DNA of 64,000 nt from Epilithonimonas sp. (GCF_032054305.1 NZ_DAMBSX010000004.1:184795-248794), one strand, 5' to 3'; counted from the stretch's first letter, positions 1 through 10,592 are shown. The notes: generated from the letters alone by a model not told the origin. Numbers and translations: made by a program.

Positions 1-811
1 AAGTATCAACGATGATCTTCCTTCCCGTCAAACCAGTATCGCCGTGAGGACCACCTATCACAAATTTTCCGGTCGGGTTGATATGATATTTGATATCACC
101 ATTGAATAATTCCTGAATCTCCGGTTTTTGCTTAGCTTTCACTTTAGGGATCAAGATCTCGATAATATCTTTTTTGATCTTCGCTAACATCGCATCCTCG
201 CTTCCGAAATCATCATGTTGTGTGGAAACCACAATACTATCGATCCTGATTGGTTTATGGTCATCAGAATACTCTATTGTAACCTGGGATTTTGCATCTG
301 GACGAAGGTATGGAATCGCGTTTCCTTCCCTTCTTAGATCCGCCAATTCTTTAAGGATCTGATGTGCCAGATCTAAAGCCAAAGGCATATAATTCTCAGT
401 TTCATTGGTTGCATAACCGAACATCATTCCCTGATCTCCAGCTCCTTGAGCATTGGCCCTGGTTTCGAAATCGGTTTCATCCAAAGTTCTGTCAACACCT
501 TGATTGATGTCCGGAGATTGCTCGTGGATCGCGGAGATCACACCACAAGAATCACCATTGAACATATATTCGCTTTTTGTATAACCGATCTTGTTGATCA
601 CATTCCTTGCAATATGCTGAACATCAAGATAAGCCTCAGACTTCACTTCACCAGCCAAGACTACCTGACCAGTTGTAACCAAAGTCTCACAAGCAACTTT
701 CGAGTTTTTATCGTATGCTAAGAAATGATCAATAAGCGCATCAGAGATCTGATCTGCAATTTTATCCGGATGCCCTTCAGAAACTGATTCGGACGTAAAT
801 AAATAAGACAT
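1..811 (-). CDS. metK: S-adenosylmethionine synthetase, 5' part (gene runs off the left edge of the window)
   Basis: Not in the ORF track because it is open at the window edge. My reverse-complement translation from the ATG (811..809) gives [30 protein letters not shown]..., and further on [10 protein letters not shown]. Both are hallmark MetK motifs. Confidence 0.93.
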   Translation of the reverse strand, partial: MSYLFTSESVSEGHPDKIADQISDALIDHFLAYDKNSKVACETLVTTGQVVLAGEVKSEAYLDVQHIARNVINKIGYTKSEYMFNGDSCGVISAIHEQSPDINQGVDRTLDETDFETRANAQGAGDQGMMFGYATNETENYMPLALDLAHQILKELADLRREGNAIPYLRPDAKSQVTIEYSDDHKPIRIDSIVVSTQHDDFGSEDAMLAKIKKDIIEILIPKVKAKQKPEIQELFNGDIKYHINPTGKFVIGGPHGDTGLTGRKIIVDT

Positions 812-954
812 AAATTATTCCTTTTGTATTTTATATTTCGAAGTCGAAAAAATGACGATTGCAAAAAGGAACTAAAAGAGAAAAATCTGTTTTAGCATTT
901 TTTATTGAGGTTGCAATCAGTCAAAGTTCTCCTCCTTTATTCAAAATTCGACCG
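812..954 (-). promoter_or_regulatory. Long (about 135 nt) metK 5' leader with nested long-range pairings; candidate riboswitch or attenuator, class undetermined
   Basis: On the minus-strand RNA, GTCGAA (952..947) can pair with TTCGAC (848..843). GATTGCAA (918..911) can pair with TTGCAATC (864..857). Together they enclose an A/U-rich loop of about 46 nt. No SAM-I core sequence is present. Confidence 0.3.
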
Positions 955-962
955 CAAAAATA
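955..962 (-). promoter_or_regulatory. Candidate Bacteroidota -7 promoter box (TATTTTTG) for metK
   Basis: Matches the TAnnTTTG consensus on the minus strand, about 145 nt upstream of the metK ATG. Confidence 0.4.
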
Positions 963-1012
963 CATACTATTTTTTAGATTTCAAAATCAATTCCTATTAA
1001 TCTGGTATGAAT

Positions 1013-1966
1013 TTACTCAGGCTTGATACTGACATAATTTTCCTGATCCTTGTAATAATTAAGTCTCTGCTCCATGGATGTTCTGATCTCGGAAATCAAT
1101 TCATCAATGATTTTTTGCTTATAAGTCGGCTTATAATAGATCAAACTGATCTCTCTGAAAGGAAACGGCTTAATAAATCTGGAAACTTTTTGTTTCTGTT
1201 CAGTTGACAATTGCTCAATTCCCATTTCCGGAAGAATAGTGATGCCACCTACTTTGTCAACCATTTGGATCAATGTATTGATATTGGAAGCCAAGAACTC
1301 CAAGTTATTTGGTTTCAAAGAATTTTCTTTCAAATGACAGATATTTTCGAACTGGGTTCTAAGGCAATTCCCTTCCTCCAAAAGCCAAACTTTGTCCACA
1401 TCAATATCTTCCGGAACAACAAAACAATCTTTCTTCACACCGGCTTCTTGATTTGCAGAATACAACATCAATTCCTCATTGAAAAGAAAATCCTGATAAA
1501 ACTCATCCGCAGCAGAATATGGCGTTGAAATGATTCCTGCATCCAGCTCTCCGGATTTCAAAGATTTAATTATACTTTCTGTGGTCATTTCCTTGATATT
1601 CAATTCGATCTGTGGATTATTTTGAAGGAATTTGAAGATCTCATTTGGAAGAATATAGCTTGAAACAGTCGGGATGATCCCGAGATTCAGTTTACCCGCA
1701 AGAATATTGTTTAGGAAATTAGCTTTATTCTTCAGTTCATTTACAGAATCGATGACTTTCTGAGCCTCCTTGATGATTTCAGCTCCTGCGTCTGTTGTTC
1801 TGATCGGATGCGTTGTTCTGTCAAAAACTTTTACATCGAGCTCATCTTCAAATTTCTGAATCATCGCACTAAGTGTTGGCTGAGTAATAAAACAAGCTTG
1901 TGCAGCTTTACCAAAATGCTTATATTTATCTACTGCAATCAGATATTCTAGTTGTTGGATATTCAC
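1013..1966 (-). CDS. oxyR: LysR-family peroxide-sensing regulator OxyR (GTG start)
   Basis: N-terminal LysR HTH (IQQLEYLIAVDKYKHFGKAAQACFITQPTLSAMIQKFE). Divergent from the catalase gene. Has a Cys-X8-Cys pair (GNCLRTQFENIC) spaced like the E. coli OxyR C199/C208 redox switch. Confidence 0.85.
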   Translation of the reverse strand: MNIQQLEYLIAVDKYKHFGKAAQACFITQPTLSAMIQKFEDELDVKVFDRTTHPIRTTDAGAEIIKEAQKVIDSVNELKNKANFLNNILAGKLNLGIIPTVSSYILPNEIFKFLQNNPQIELNIKEMTTESIIKSLKSGELDAGIISTPYSAADEFYQDFLFNEELMLYSANQEAGVKKDCFVVPEDIDVDKVWLLEEGNCLRTQFENICHLKENSLKPNNLEFLASNINTLIQMVDKVGGITILPEMGIEQLSTEQKQKVSRFIKPFPFREISLIYYKPTYKQKIIDELISEIRTSMEQRLNYYKDQENYVSIKPE

Positions 1967-1991
1967 GACTTGTAATTAATTTTATCTATTA

Positions 1992-2025
1992 CAAATATAC
2001 TTATTAATTTGTTTCATGAATAAGT
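1992..2025 (-). promoter_or_regulatory. Candidate oxyR -7 box (TATATTTG, 1999..1992) abutting an inverted repeat ACTTATT-N13-AATAAGT (1999..2025); possible OxyR operator
   Basis: Read directly in the 112-bp divergent oxyR/catalase intergenic region. LysR regulators typically bind dyads of this kind. Confidence 0.35.
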
Positions 2026-2078
2026 TTTTTTATCGAATTTTGTCTCTCAACAAATGAATTAAATCATAAATCTAAAAT

Positions 2079-3569
2079 ATGGAAAACAAGAAAAAACTCA
2101 CAAATTCCGTTGGCTCACCATATTACGAGCATCAGGATTCACAAACTGTTGGACCAAGAGGGCCGGTTCTGTTACAAGATTTCGTTCTTCAGGAGAATCT
2201 TGCACACTTTGTAAGAGAAAGGATTCCTGAAAGAATTGTCCATGCCAAAGGTTCCGGTGCGTATGGAACTTTTACAGTTACGCACGACATTAGCAAATAT
2301 ACAAGAGCAAAATTGTTTTCAAAAGTTGGTAATTCTTGCAAAATGTTTGCGAGATTCTCGACAGTTGGTGGAGAAATGGGAAGTGCAGATACAGAAAGAG
2401 ACCCGAGAGGTTTTGCTTTGAAATTCTATACAGAAGACGGAAACTGGGATCTGGTAGGAAATAACACTCCTGTTTTTTTTATTAAGGATGCAAAAAAATT
2501 CCCCGATTTTATCCACACCCAAAAACGTGTTCCGAAAACCAACCTGAAAAGCAAGACTATGATGTGGGATTTCTGGTCTTTGAATCCGGAATCGCTTCAT
2601 CAGGTACTGATTCTGATGTCCGATAGAGGAACCCCTCATGGATACAGACACATGCACGGGTTTGGTTCCCATACTTTTTCTATGATCAATGAAAATAATG
2701 AGAGAACTTGGGTGAAATTCCATTTCAAAACACAACAAGGCATCAAGAATTTTTCTGATGAAGCAGCTACAAAAATGAAAGGCGAGAATCCTGATTTTTC
2801 TCAGGAAGACCTTGTAAATGCCATCGAAAAAGGAGACTTCCCCAAATGGACGCTTTACATCCAGACCATGACGGAACAACAAGCGAAAGAATGGCGCTGG
2901 AATCCGTTTGATGTAACAAAAGTTTGGTTCCAAGATGAATTTCCGTTACAAGAAGTTGGTGTAATGGAACTGAATGAAGTTCCGAGAAATTATTTCGTTC
3001 ATGTAGAGCAATCGGCTTTCGCGCCAAGTCATTTGGTTGACGGCATCAGTTTTTCTCCGGACAAAATGTTACAGGGCAGGCTATTCTCTTATGCTGATGC
3101 GCATAGATACAGAGTTGGTGTCAACTCTCATCAACTTGAAGTTAACAAATGTCCTTTTGCCGTGAATAATTTCCAAAGAGGAGGTTTCATGGCAGACGAT
3201 TCGGATTATGGGGACAAACCGAATTATTATCCAAACAGCTTCAGTGATGTAGAACCAAGCGAATCTCACAAAGCTTTGGACTATGATTTGGACAATTCTC
3301 ACGTTGCTCATTACGACAGAAATCAAAACGATGATGACCATTACACGCAACCCGGATTATTCTACACAAAAGCTCTAAATCAAGAGGCAAGAACAGCTTT
3401 GGTCAATAACATTGTTGGACATATGAGCGGAATCGATGGTCCAAAACGTGATGAAATTATCAATCGCCAACTTTGTCATTTCTTCCGAGCTAATATTGAA
3501 CTGGGAATGAGAGTTGCGCAAGGACTCGGTGTAAACATTGATGCTAATGCGATGAATCACGCTAAGTAG
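2079..3569 (+). CDS. katA: Monofunctional heme catalase (small-subunit type)
   Basis: 496 aa with FVRERIPERIVHAKGSGAYG, RDPRGFALKFYTEDGNWDLVGNNTPVFF and RLFSYADAHRYRVG (proximal Tyr region). Confidence 0.95.
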   Translation: MENKKKLTNSVGSPYYEHQDSQTVGPRGPVLLQDFVLQENLAHFVRERIPERIVHAKGSGAYGTFTVTHDISKYTRAKLFSKVGNSCKMFARFSTVGGEMGSADTERDPRGFALKFYTEDGNWDLVGNNTPVFFIKDAKKFPDFIHTQKRVPKTNLKSKTMMWDFWSLNPESLHQVLILMSDRGTPHGYRHMHGFGSHTFSMINENNERTWVKFHFKTQQGIKNFSDEAATKMKGENPDFSQEDLVNAIEKGDFPKWTLYIQTMTEQQAKEWRWNPFDVTKVWFQDEFPLQEVGVMELNEVPRNYFVHVEQSAFAPSHLVDGISFSPDKMLQGRLFSYADAHRYRVGVNSHQLEVNKCPFAVNNFQRGGFMADDSDYGDKPNYYPNSFSDVEPSESHKALDYDLDNSHVAHYDRNQNDDDHYTQPGLFYTKALNQEARTALVNNIVGHMSGIDGPKRDEIINRQLCHFFRANIELGMRVAQGLGVNIDANAMNHAK

Positions 3570-3611
3570 ACTCAGAGATAATAGATTGATAGAATAAAGA
3601 CTTTCAAATAT

Positions 3612-3641
3612 AACCTTTCGATTTTTCGGAAGGTTTTTTTT
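3612..3641 (+). terminator. Rho-independent terminator after the catalase gene
   Basis: AACCTTTCG / CGGAAGGTT forms a 9-bp stem (one G-U pair), followed by a T-run of at least 6. Confidence 0.7.
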
Positions 3642-3700
3642 ATTGATCACAAGCAAATTAATAATTATTTCTTTAAATTCGCTTCCCTTTAATTTAATCT

Positions 3701-4600
3701 ATGAAGAAAACTTTATTACCATTTTTAGCAGCTGCTCTATTTTCGGTTTCAAGTTTTGGCCAGCAAAAAATTTCTTTTGAAACTTCCGAAGGTTACAATC
3801 TTGCAACAGTTGTCGGTCAAAAAGAATGGACTGTGAAAACAGATAATGTTCCGAACAACAATTTCAAAGTTGTCACCGGGAAAGCAACAGATGGAAATAA
3901 TTCTGTCGAAGTAACCAGCACCAATAACTATACTGAAAACTTCACATTTCTTTTCAAAAAAATCCCAGAATATAACAGGCTTTCTGTTTCAGCAGACGTA
4001 AAGTTGGAGAAACTGAACAGCTCGGATTATTATATGCTGTCATTGTATTATAATAATAATGGGAATTACTCTTGGGCTGGTGGATTTAATTTTATGTACA
4101 GCGGAAAACTGTACGCCGATAGTGATGTTAATTTTTTAGATCTCGGAAGTTGGGTTCCCGATAAATGGTACAACTTAAGAATTGAGATAGACCACGTTAC
4201 AGAAAAAAATGTAAAATATTATCTTGATAATCAATTAGTGCACACTTCTTCTCTAGGAACAAAAGTTGTAAGAGCGAACGATTTGAATTTCGAATTTGAT
4301 AACGACGGCAGCGGTTTTATCGTGGATAATATCATTATTAAAGATATGGACCAACTTTCGGTTTCTGAAATTAATAAAACTCAAATCAATATTTTCCCAA
4401 ATCCTACTTCTGATTTTATTAATATCAAGTCTGATGAAAAAATCAAGTCTGTCAAATTATATAGTGCTTTGGGTTCGTTGGTAAAAACAGAAAATAATGA
4501 GTTTTCAAGAATCAATATCTCAAATCTTCCAAAAGGAAATTATCTGATCTCTATAGAAACTGATTCCGGAACCGAGACTAAAAAAATCATTAAAGAATAA
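3701..4600 (+). CDS. Secreted protein with a T9SS C-terminal sorting domain (LamG-like body)
   Basis: Signal peptide MKKTLLPFLAAALFSVSSFGQ. The C-terminal ~80 aa (INIFPNPTSDFINIKSDEKIKSVKLYSALGSLV...YLISIETDSGTETKKIIKE) fits the Por/T9SS CTD pattern. Confidence 0.7.
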   Translation: MKKTLLPFLAAALFSVSSFGQQKISFETSEGYNLATVVGQKEWTVKTDNVPNNNFKVVTGKATDGNNSVEVTSTNNYTENFTFLFKKIPEYNRLSVSADVKLEKLNSSDYYMLSLYYNNNGNYSWAGGFNFMYSGKLYADSDVNFLDLGSWVPDKWYNLRIEIDHVTEKNVKYYLDNQLVHTSSLGTKVVRANDLNFEFDNDGSGFIVDNIIIKDMDQLSVSEINKTQINIFPNPTSDFINIKSDEKIKSVKLYSALGSLVKTENNEFSRINISNLPKGNYLISIETDSGTETKKIIKE

Positions 4601-4624
4601 ACTCAATTTTCTTTAAATTTTAAT

Positions 4625-4655
4625 AACGGTTGCTGATGATTTGGCAACCGTTTTA
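4625..4655 (+). terminator. Hairpin terminator after the T9SS protein gene
   Basis: AACGGTTGC / GCAACCGTT forms a 9-bp stem, followed by a TTTTAATTT tail. Confidence 0.5.
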
Positions 4656-4692
4656 ATTTCCCAAGCCGTTTTTTTTCATTACTTTTGTAACT

Positions 4693-6405
4693 ATGAGTCA
4701 AAAATGGATCTATAAACCCGAGCCTGATGAAGAGATTGTTGACGGACTGATTTCTTCGATAGGATTTGGAACTTTAGAATCCAAAATCCTAGTCATGCGT
4801 GACATTGACAATTATCAAAAAGCACGCGAATTCTTCAAGCCAAACGGCACCGACATACATAATCCTTTCCTTATGGCTGATATGCAAAAAGCGGTGGAAC
4901 GCATTGCAACGGCGATAGAAAACGGGGAAAAAATATTAGTTTACGGTGATTACGATGTTGATGGAACAACGGCTGTTGCATTGATGTATCTTTATCTGAG
5001 TAAAATTGTCGATAAAAAATATCTTGAATTCTATATCCCCGACAGAAATGTTGAAGGTTATGGCATCTCCGATGAAGGCATATACTTTGCAAAAGAAAAT
5101 GGATTCTCTTTGATCATCGCATTAGATTGCGGAATCAAATCCATTGATAAAATTGACCTTGCCAATTCTGTAGGTGTTGATTTTATCATTTGTGACCACC
5201 ATTTACCAGGCGAAGAACTTCCAAAAGCCATTGCGGTTCTGGACCCAAAAAGAAAAGATTGCCGATATCCTTATAAAGAACTCAGCGGATGTGGTGTTGG
5301 CTTCAAACTTTGCCAAGGCCTTAATACAATTTACAAAATCCCGGAAAGTGAGTTATTTGAATTGACGGATCTTTTGGCAATCAGTATCGCTTCCGACATT
5401 GTTGCAATGACCGGGGAAAACAGAGTTCTCGCAAAGCAAGGATTGAAATTCCTCAGGAAAACCAGAAAATTTGGTTTAAGACTTTTGATTCCCGAAGAGA
5501 AGTTGGCTCATTTTGAAATTTCGAACATTGTTTTTGATATTGCTCCAAAAATCAATGCAGCAGGAAGGATTTCTCATGCAAAAGCAGCAGTTGAACTAAT
5601 GATCTCGGACAACCTGAAACAAGCTCAGCAAATCGTGGATGAGATCATCAATCTGAATGATGAACGTCGCGAGATGGATGTCAACATCACCCAATCTGCA
5701 ATGAGCCAAGCCCTTGAGCTACAGAAAACCGAATGTTATTCTACAATTGTATATGATCCGAGCTGGAACAAAGGTGTAATTGGGATTGTCGCTTCAAGAT
5801 TAATAGAAAACTATTTTAAGCCAACACTTGTTTTTACGGAAGGTAATAATGGCGAACTGGTAGCTTCCGCAAGATCCGTCTCTGATTTTGACATTCATAA
5901 AGCACTGGAATACTGTTCTGACCTATTTATGAAATTCGGTGGTCATCAGGCTGCTGCAGGTCTCTCAATGGAAAAAGAGAAATTTGAGGAATTCAAGATC
6001 AAGTTTGAGGATTATGTAAAAAATAATATTCAGGAACATCAAAAAGAACCAACTATTTATGTGGATAGTATTGTAAAACCTGAAGATCTGAATAGAGAAT
6101 TCATTAATTTTCATAGAAAATTAGCACCTTTTGGACCTCAGAATATGAAACCTATCCTGGTTCTTAAGAATGTAAAAGTCAATGGCTACGTAAGATTGAT
6201 GGGAAAAGAAAGTTCTCATCTCAAATTCAATATTTCTCAACCGAATACCGGAAGGAATGTCGAATGTGTAGGCTTCCGTTTCGGGCAATTTACAGAAGAT
6301 TTCAAAACAAAAAGCTTTGATTTGGCATTTACAATTGAGGAAAATCACTGGAAAGGAAATGTTTCTCATTTTCTGAATATACGAGATGTTAAATTTCATA
6401 ATTAA
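4693..6405 (+). CDS. recJ: Single-stranded-DNA-specific exonuclease RecJ
   Basis: DHH family motifs GDYDVDGTTA, IICDHHLPG and DHHA1 GGHQAAAG; 570 aa. Confidence 0.9.
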   Translation: MSQKWIYKPEPDEEIVDGLISSIGFGTLESKILVMRDIDNYQKAREFFKPNGTDIHNPFLMADMQKAVERIATAIENGEKILVYGDYDVDGTTAVALMYLYLSKIVDKKYLEFYIPDRNVEGYGISDEGIYFAKENGFSLIIALDCGIKSIDKIDLANSVGVDFIICDHHLPGEELPKAIAVLDPKRKDCRYPYKELSGCGVGFKLCQGLNTIYKIPESELFELTDLLAISIASDIVAMTGENRVLAKQGLKFLRKTRKFGLRLLIPEEKLAHFEISNIVFDIAPKINAAGRISHAKAAVELMISDNLKQAQQIVDEIINLNDERREMDVNITQSAMSQALELQKTECYSTIVYDPSWNKGVIGIVASRLIENYFKPTLVFTEGNNGELVASARSVSDFDIHKALEYCSDLFMKFGGHQAAAGLSMEKEKFEEFKIKFEDYVKNNIQEHQKEPTIYVDSIVKPEDLNREFINFHRKLAPFGPQNMKPILVLKNVKVNGYVRLMGKESSHLKFNISQPNTGRNVECVGFRFGQFTEDFKTKSFDLAFTIEENHWKGNVSHFLNIRDVKFHN

Positions 6406-6406
6406 T

Positions 6407-6442
6407 AAAAACACCCGACTCAAAACTGAATCGGGTGTTTTT
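6407..6442. terminator. Bidirectional terminator hairpin between convergent recJ and the LRR gene
   Basis: AAAAACACCCGA / TCGGGTGTTTTT stem, with A/T runs on both sides. Confidence 0.7.
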
Positions 6443-6461
6443 ATTTGATAAGGATTCTTTT

Positions 6462-9400
6462 CTATTCTTTGATTATCTTTTGATTGACTACTCCTTGCTT
6501 CGTCATAATCTTTAAGAAATAAATACCTTTACCATTATTGATGGTGAATTTTACCCTTTTTGATGGTGCAAAATGCTTCTTTTGCAAAATACGACCAACC
6601 GCATCATGAACCTCCACAGATAATATTTCAGAATCACTATCAATATTTAGTTCGCCATGTGTAGGAACTGGATATACACTCACACTTTGCTTTATCGGCT
6701 CCAGGCTCTGAAGCGTTATTGTTGGCGGAACTAACTTATTAGCATTCATAAGACCTGTAGAACTTGTCACGATAGCATTGACATCCAAAGATTCTCTTAC
6801 AGTAGAATTATTAGAATACACCAAAACTTTGATATAATATGTTCCCGGGGATAATGCATAGTTATCTACTTTTGGACTTCTGCTGTTTACCCAACCTTTG
6901 AAACCATCACTATACCATTGTGTTCTTGTGATCTCTGTTTCTGTTTCACTTCCGTCTGCTTCCACTTTTACCAGATAGGTCCAGTTTCTGACAAAAGACA
7001 GGCTCCTTAAATTCAGCTTAGCGTCTGTAGCATTATTTGGAATTGTGAATACTCTACTCTTATAATTATAGTATCCTTCGAAATTATTAAGGCTTATCCA
7101 TCGGCTATTGACACCGGTCGACATATCCGCATAACTCCATCCTGTATAGGTCGTTCTGATCTTAGGAGTAATCTCCGTTCCATTGATATCATATCCTTTC
7201 CAATCATCATCATCCGCATCAACAGCAATGAAATTACCATTATTATCCTTTCCAGTAGAAAGATCCGCCACGGTATTACCTATTTTGAAAGAAACAGTCC
7301 TTACAGATAAATTATTGTCCGCATCAGAAATAGTCAGTTTAGCAGTATAGTTTCCAGCGTTATTATAAGTCACCGTAGGTTTAATATCAGAGGTTGAAGA
7401 TACAGATGTCGCATTCGGGAATTCCCAAGTATATGAAACAATATCTCCCGTGCTAAGACTTGCATCAAAATTGATTTTATAATTATTTGATGTAAAATCT
7501 GTCGCTTCGTAGTTGATTTTAGCATTTAATACAGAATGCTCGTCCAATATTGTAGTAACATACTCATTGGTAGTTATAGGGAAATTATAGTCAAAATAGA
7601 TATCCGCACTATTGTCCACAGTATCACCTTCCTGCAGATTTGTAACCGATCTTACTTTCAATAATACATTACCATGTCCACCAGCTTTCAGCTTTATTTT
7701 TTTAAATCTAAATTCTACCTCGTTACCAATAATTACAGTAGTAACATCCGCAGAAGCATTCTGCAATTGCAAAGTATTGATATCGAATTCTGCTGGGTCT
7801 ATCTTCATCTTTACAACGATATTTTCCGCCTCTGCCGTCCCAGTATTCTCAAAATTAACAACATAGTGCATATATTTACCAACAGCAGTCGTAGGCATGA
7901 TCTCTCCTTCCATACAAGTGATATCGTTCGGATCAAATGAATTGACAACAGTCTGATCGAATTTGAAATTGTTATCTTCCGGAGTCTGATCGCTCGCATT
8001 GGGTGTGATCTGCGCATTGAACGAAAGAGTATCACCGGAATTCACCGGGTTTGTAGGGTTGGTTGGTGTATTGATGGTAAAAATCAGTTCTGTAGCCTCA
8101 TTAGCATAAGGCTTCAAATTATTATAATTGAATTCTATCGTACCATTGCTGATTACCGAGTATGGGAGGGAACTACTTTGGAAGGCCATTCTATTATGAT
8201 CATAATTGATAACAACCTTTCCTGACAATGTCGTATTCCCCTTGTTTCTCCAAACCAATTTATAAGTTGCATCGAAACCCGGTCTTGCTCCGGTAAGTGG
8301 CGCGATCACAATTTCTGCGTCATTTTGAGTTCCATTAGCTGTTACGCAAATATCCTGGGTGAAAACATTATTGTTGGAATCTGCAAAACTCGTAGAAAAA
8401 TTAGCCGGAGAAATCGTAAATAAAGCAGGATTTTCCGCAAGAGCAGTGATATTGAAATTGCCCGCCTGTGTATAGAATTCATACTTTCCATTCTGTTGAA
8501 CGAAGGTTTCTCCAGAAGTTGTTCCGTCATTGATTTTCAATTTCAAGAATTCGAAAGGATTGTCTGAAGTATCGCAACCATTGTTGTTGGTATCTATTTT
8601 TACAGTTCCTGAGATTGTATTAAAGTTTCCGCCTGGTGTGAAGGAGCAGTAGGAATTCACATTGGCTGTTATTCCAGCTAGTGCTAAATTTGATTTTATT
8701 TCTTCAATTTCCGAATCGTCTGCACAGATATACTTGAGGCTTGTATTGGAAAATGCACCAGAATAGTCTTCTATATATTGTTGTTTTCCGTTTTTGATGA
8801 AAAGAGATTCCAAATTAGGATTGTTCATCAAAGCAATAATTTCTAATTTTTTATTCTGAGAAAAATCTAGTGTTGAGAATTTTGAATCAGGACAATAGAT
8901 CAGTTTAAGATGCTCCAGAGAAGACACATCTATTGTAGATAATTTGCTATCTCCAATATAAAGATTTTCAATTTTAAGAGTATTATCAAAACTTAATGTC
9001 TCCAGATTATTTCCGCCGACACTCAAAGTTTTCAGATTGTAGCAATTTTTAATATTTAAATCCTTTAGTTCAGTTTGCTCTGCTGTTATTTCTGTAATAG
9101 AAGAGCAATTTTCAAAATTTAATTTATTCAGTTCTGAATGGTTGTAACCCATTGCAAAAAGATAATTGAACTTTTCTAAGGATTGGCAATTTTTGAAATT
9201 GGCACTGAGCAAGCCCATCTGCCCCGTGATATCTAAATTTTTTAAAGAAATGCAATTTTCTGCGTTCAACAGATGTAAAAAACTCGTATTAAAATCAGGT
9301 TGCGGATCTCCAATCACACCGTAATTCACTCTTGTCGACAGTGTTTCTAAGTTTTGTAAATTACTTACATCCAATGCAGTAAGAATTTGATTATTAAGAC

Positions 9401-10592
9401 TTAGTTTTTTAAGTAACAAATTACTTTTAACATTGAGATCACTAAGGGGTCCAAAATTATTAAAATAAGGATTGGAACTATAAACAATATAATCTAGATT
9501 TAGAGTTTCCAAATTAACAATAGGGGTGGCATCAAAAGAATCCCCTTTGAATCTTTGTACAATAATGCTCTTCAAATTTGGAACATTGCTTATGATAAAA
9601 TCATTACCCGCAAACAAGTCTATCGATGAAAGCAGGGCACAATTATTTGCTTGTAAAACCTGTAAAAATTGGGAATCACATTTGATTGTTTCCAAACTAC
9701 TACAGTTATTAGCAATCAATTCGCTTATCCCAGAATTGTTATTTGAAGCATTGTTAATGAGATTCAAATTGGAGAGTAATGGGCAATCACTCACATCCAA
9801 TGTCCCAATCTGCATCGGATTATAGATCTGGAAATTTCCATTTATCGAAACTGTGGTCAGTTGATCGCAGTGGCTGAGATCTATGTTATCAAATCCTATA
9901 TTAGAGATACTGACCGATTTCAGATTGTTATGATTATTGAGTATCAATACTTCAGATGGATCAAAATAGAAACTGTCACTATTGAGAGTGAGATTTTCCA
10001 GCAAATCAGCATTCTGAATCTTATCCAAAAATAAATTATTGGGGGAAGTGCCATAACTCAAACTGAGGTTTTTGAGCTGTGGGATAACATCCCCATTCGC
10101 AAGTTCTATACTAGAAAGATAAAGTGATTCCAGATTAGGAAGATTGGTTAGAGATACTTTTCCAGGGTCAGAATTATAAAAGCCAGATGTGAAGCTCTTT
10201 AATTGGCCTAGTCCCGATATAATTATTTCACTCGTGGGCGTTGCAATCCTGGACAGTTCTATAGATATGGCATTGATAAAATAATTAATGCCCCCATAAT
10301 CCGCAATTGGATCTGTTTCATTGAAGTCCGGCTCTTGATACCCACCACCAAAATCAATCATCTTTGGCTGTATTTTTATGTCACTTACAGCTTGGGCTTC
10401 AGTCATACTGATTTCCCCGTCTCCATTTGCATCTATGGCAAAATAATTTCCACTTAAATTTTTTGCAATTGTATTACTTGGAGAAGAGGACAAAAGAATG
10501 GCTTTAAAATTCGCATCCGGAAAATTGATGTTTTGAGCCCGCATTCCTATAGAAAAGAATGCAAGCCAAAAGAGTAATTTAGTTTTCATCAT
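6462..10592 (-). CDS. Giant secreted leucine-rich-repeat surface protein with a T9SS C-terminal sorting domain
   Basis: 1376 aa. Signal peptide; a Ca-binding-like DANGDGEISMTEAQAV; about 500 aa of LRR-like L/N-rich repeats; a conserved-repeat/DUF11-like segment (FDPNDITCMEGE); a PKD-like segment (YTWEFPNATSV...NYTAKLTISDADN). The C-terminal CTD is VYPVPTHGELNIDSD...GIYFLKIMTKQGVVNQKIIKE. Confidence 0.8.
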   Translation of the reverse strand: MMKTKLLFWLAFFSIGMRAQNINFPDANFKAILLSSSPSNTIAKNLSGNYFAIDANGDGEISMTEAQAVSDIKIQPKMIDFGGGYQEPDFNETDPIADYGGINYFINAISIELSRIATPTSEIIISGLGQLKSFTSGFYNSDPGKVSLTNLPNLESLYLSSIELANGDVIPQLKNLSLSYGTSPNNLFLDKIQNADLLENLTLNSDSFYFDPSEVLILNNHNNLKSVSISNIGFDNIDLSHCDQLTTVSINGNFQIYNPMQIGTLDVSDCPLLSNLNLINNASNNNSGISELIANNCSSLETIKCDSQFLQVLQANNCALLSSIDLFAGNDFIISNVPNLKSIIVQRFKGDSFDATPIVNLETLNLDYIVYSSNPYFNNFGPLSDLNVKSNLLLKKLSLNNQILTALDVSNLQNLETLSTRVNYGVIGDPQPDFNTSFLHLLNAENCISLKNLDITGQMGLLSANFKNCQSLEKFNYLFAMGYNHSELNKLNFENCSSITEITAEQTELKDLNIKNCYNLKTLSVGGNNLETLSFDNTLKIENLYIGDSKLSTIDVSSLEHLKLIYCPDSKFSTLDFSQNKKLEIIALMNNPNLESLFIKNGKQQYIEDYSGAFSNTSLKYICADDSEIEEIKSNLALAGITANVNSYCSFTPGGNFNTISGTVKIDTNNNGCDTSDNPFEFLKLKINDGTTSGETFVQQNGKYEFYTQAGNFNITALAENPALFTISPANFSTSFADSNNNVFTQDICVTANGTQNDAEIVIAPLTGARPGFDATYKLVWRNKGNTTLSGKVVINYDHNRMAFQSSSLPYSVISNGTIEFNYNNLKPYANEATELIFTINTPTNPTNPVNSGDTLSFNAQITPNASDQTPEDNNFKFDQTVVNSFDPNDITCMEGEIMPTTAVGKYMHYVVNFENTGTAEAENIVVKMKIDPAEFDINTLQLQNASADVTTVIIGNEVEFRFKKIKLKAGGHGNVLLKVRSVTNLQEGDTVDNSADIYFDYNFPITTNEYVTTILDEHSVLNAKINYEATDFTSNNYKINFDASLSTGDIVSYTWEFPNATSVSSTSDIKPTVTYNNAGNYTAKLTISDADNNLSVRTVSFKIGNTVADLSTGKDNNGNFIAVDADDDDWKGYDINGTEITPKIRTTYTGWSYADMSTGVNSRWISLNNFEGYYNYKSRVFTIPNNATDAKLNLRSLSFVRNWTYLVKVEADGSETETEITRTQWYSDGFKGWVNSRSPKVDNYALSPGTYYIKVLVYSNNSTVRESLDVNAIVTSSTGLMNANKLVPPTITLQSLEPIKQSVSVYPVPTHGELNIDSDSEILSVEVHDAVGRILQKKHFAPSKRVKFTINNGKGIYFLKIMTKQGVVNQKIIKE

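Noticed and set aside
2319-2933. A 204-aa antisense ORF inside the catalase gene. Many similar track ORFs lie opposite known genes, for example 47077..47472, 39673..40128, 23594..24121, 20840..21277 and 49162..49659.
   Set aside because: They lie antisense or out of frame within genes that have unmistakable protein signatures. Their translations are low-complexity with no recognisable motifs. These are typical spurious ORFs in AT-rich DNA.
4680-4695. A TACTTTTG -7-like box ending only 5 nt before the recJ ATG, which would imply a leaderless mRNA.
   Set aside because: It is a single motif match in T-rich terminator-proximal sequence. It cannot be distinguished from chance without transcription start site data.
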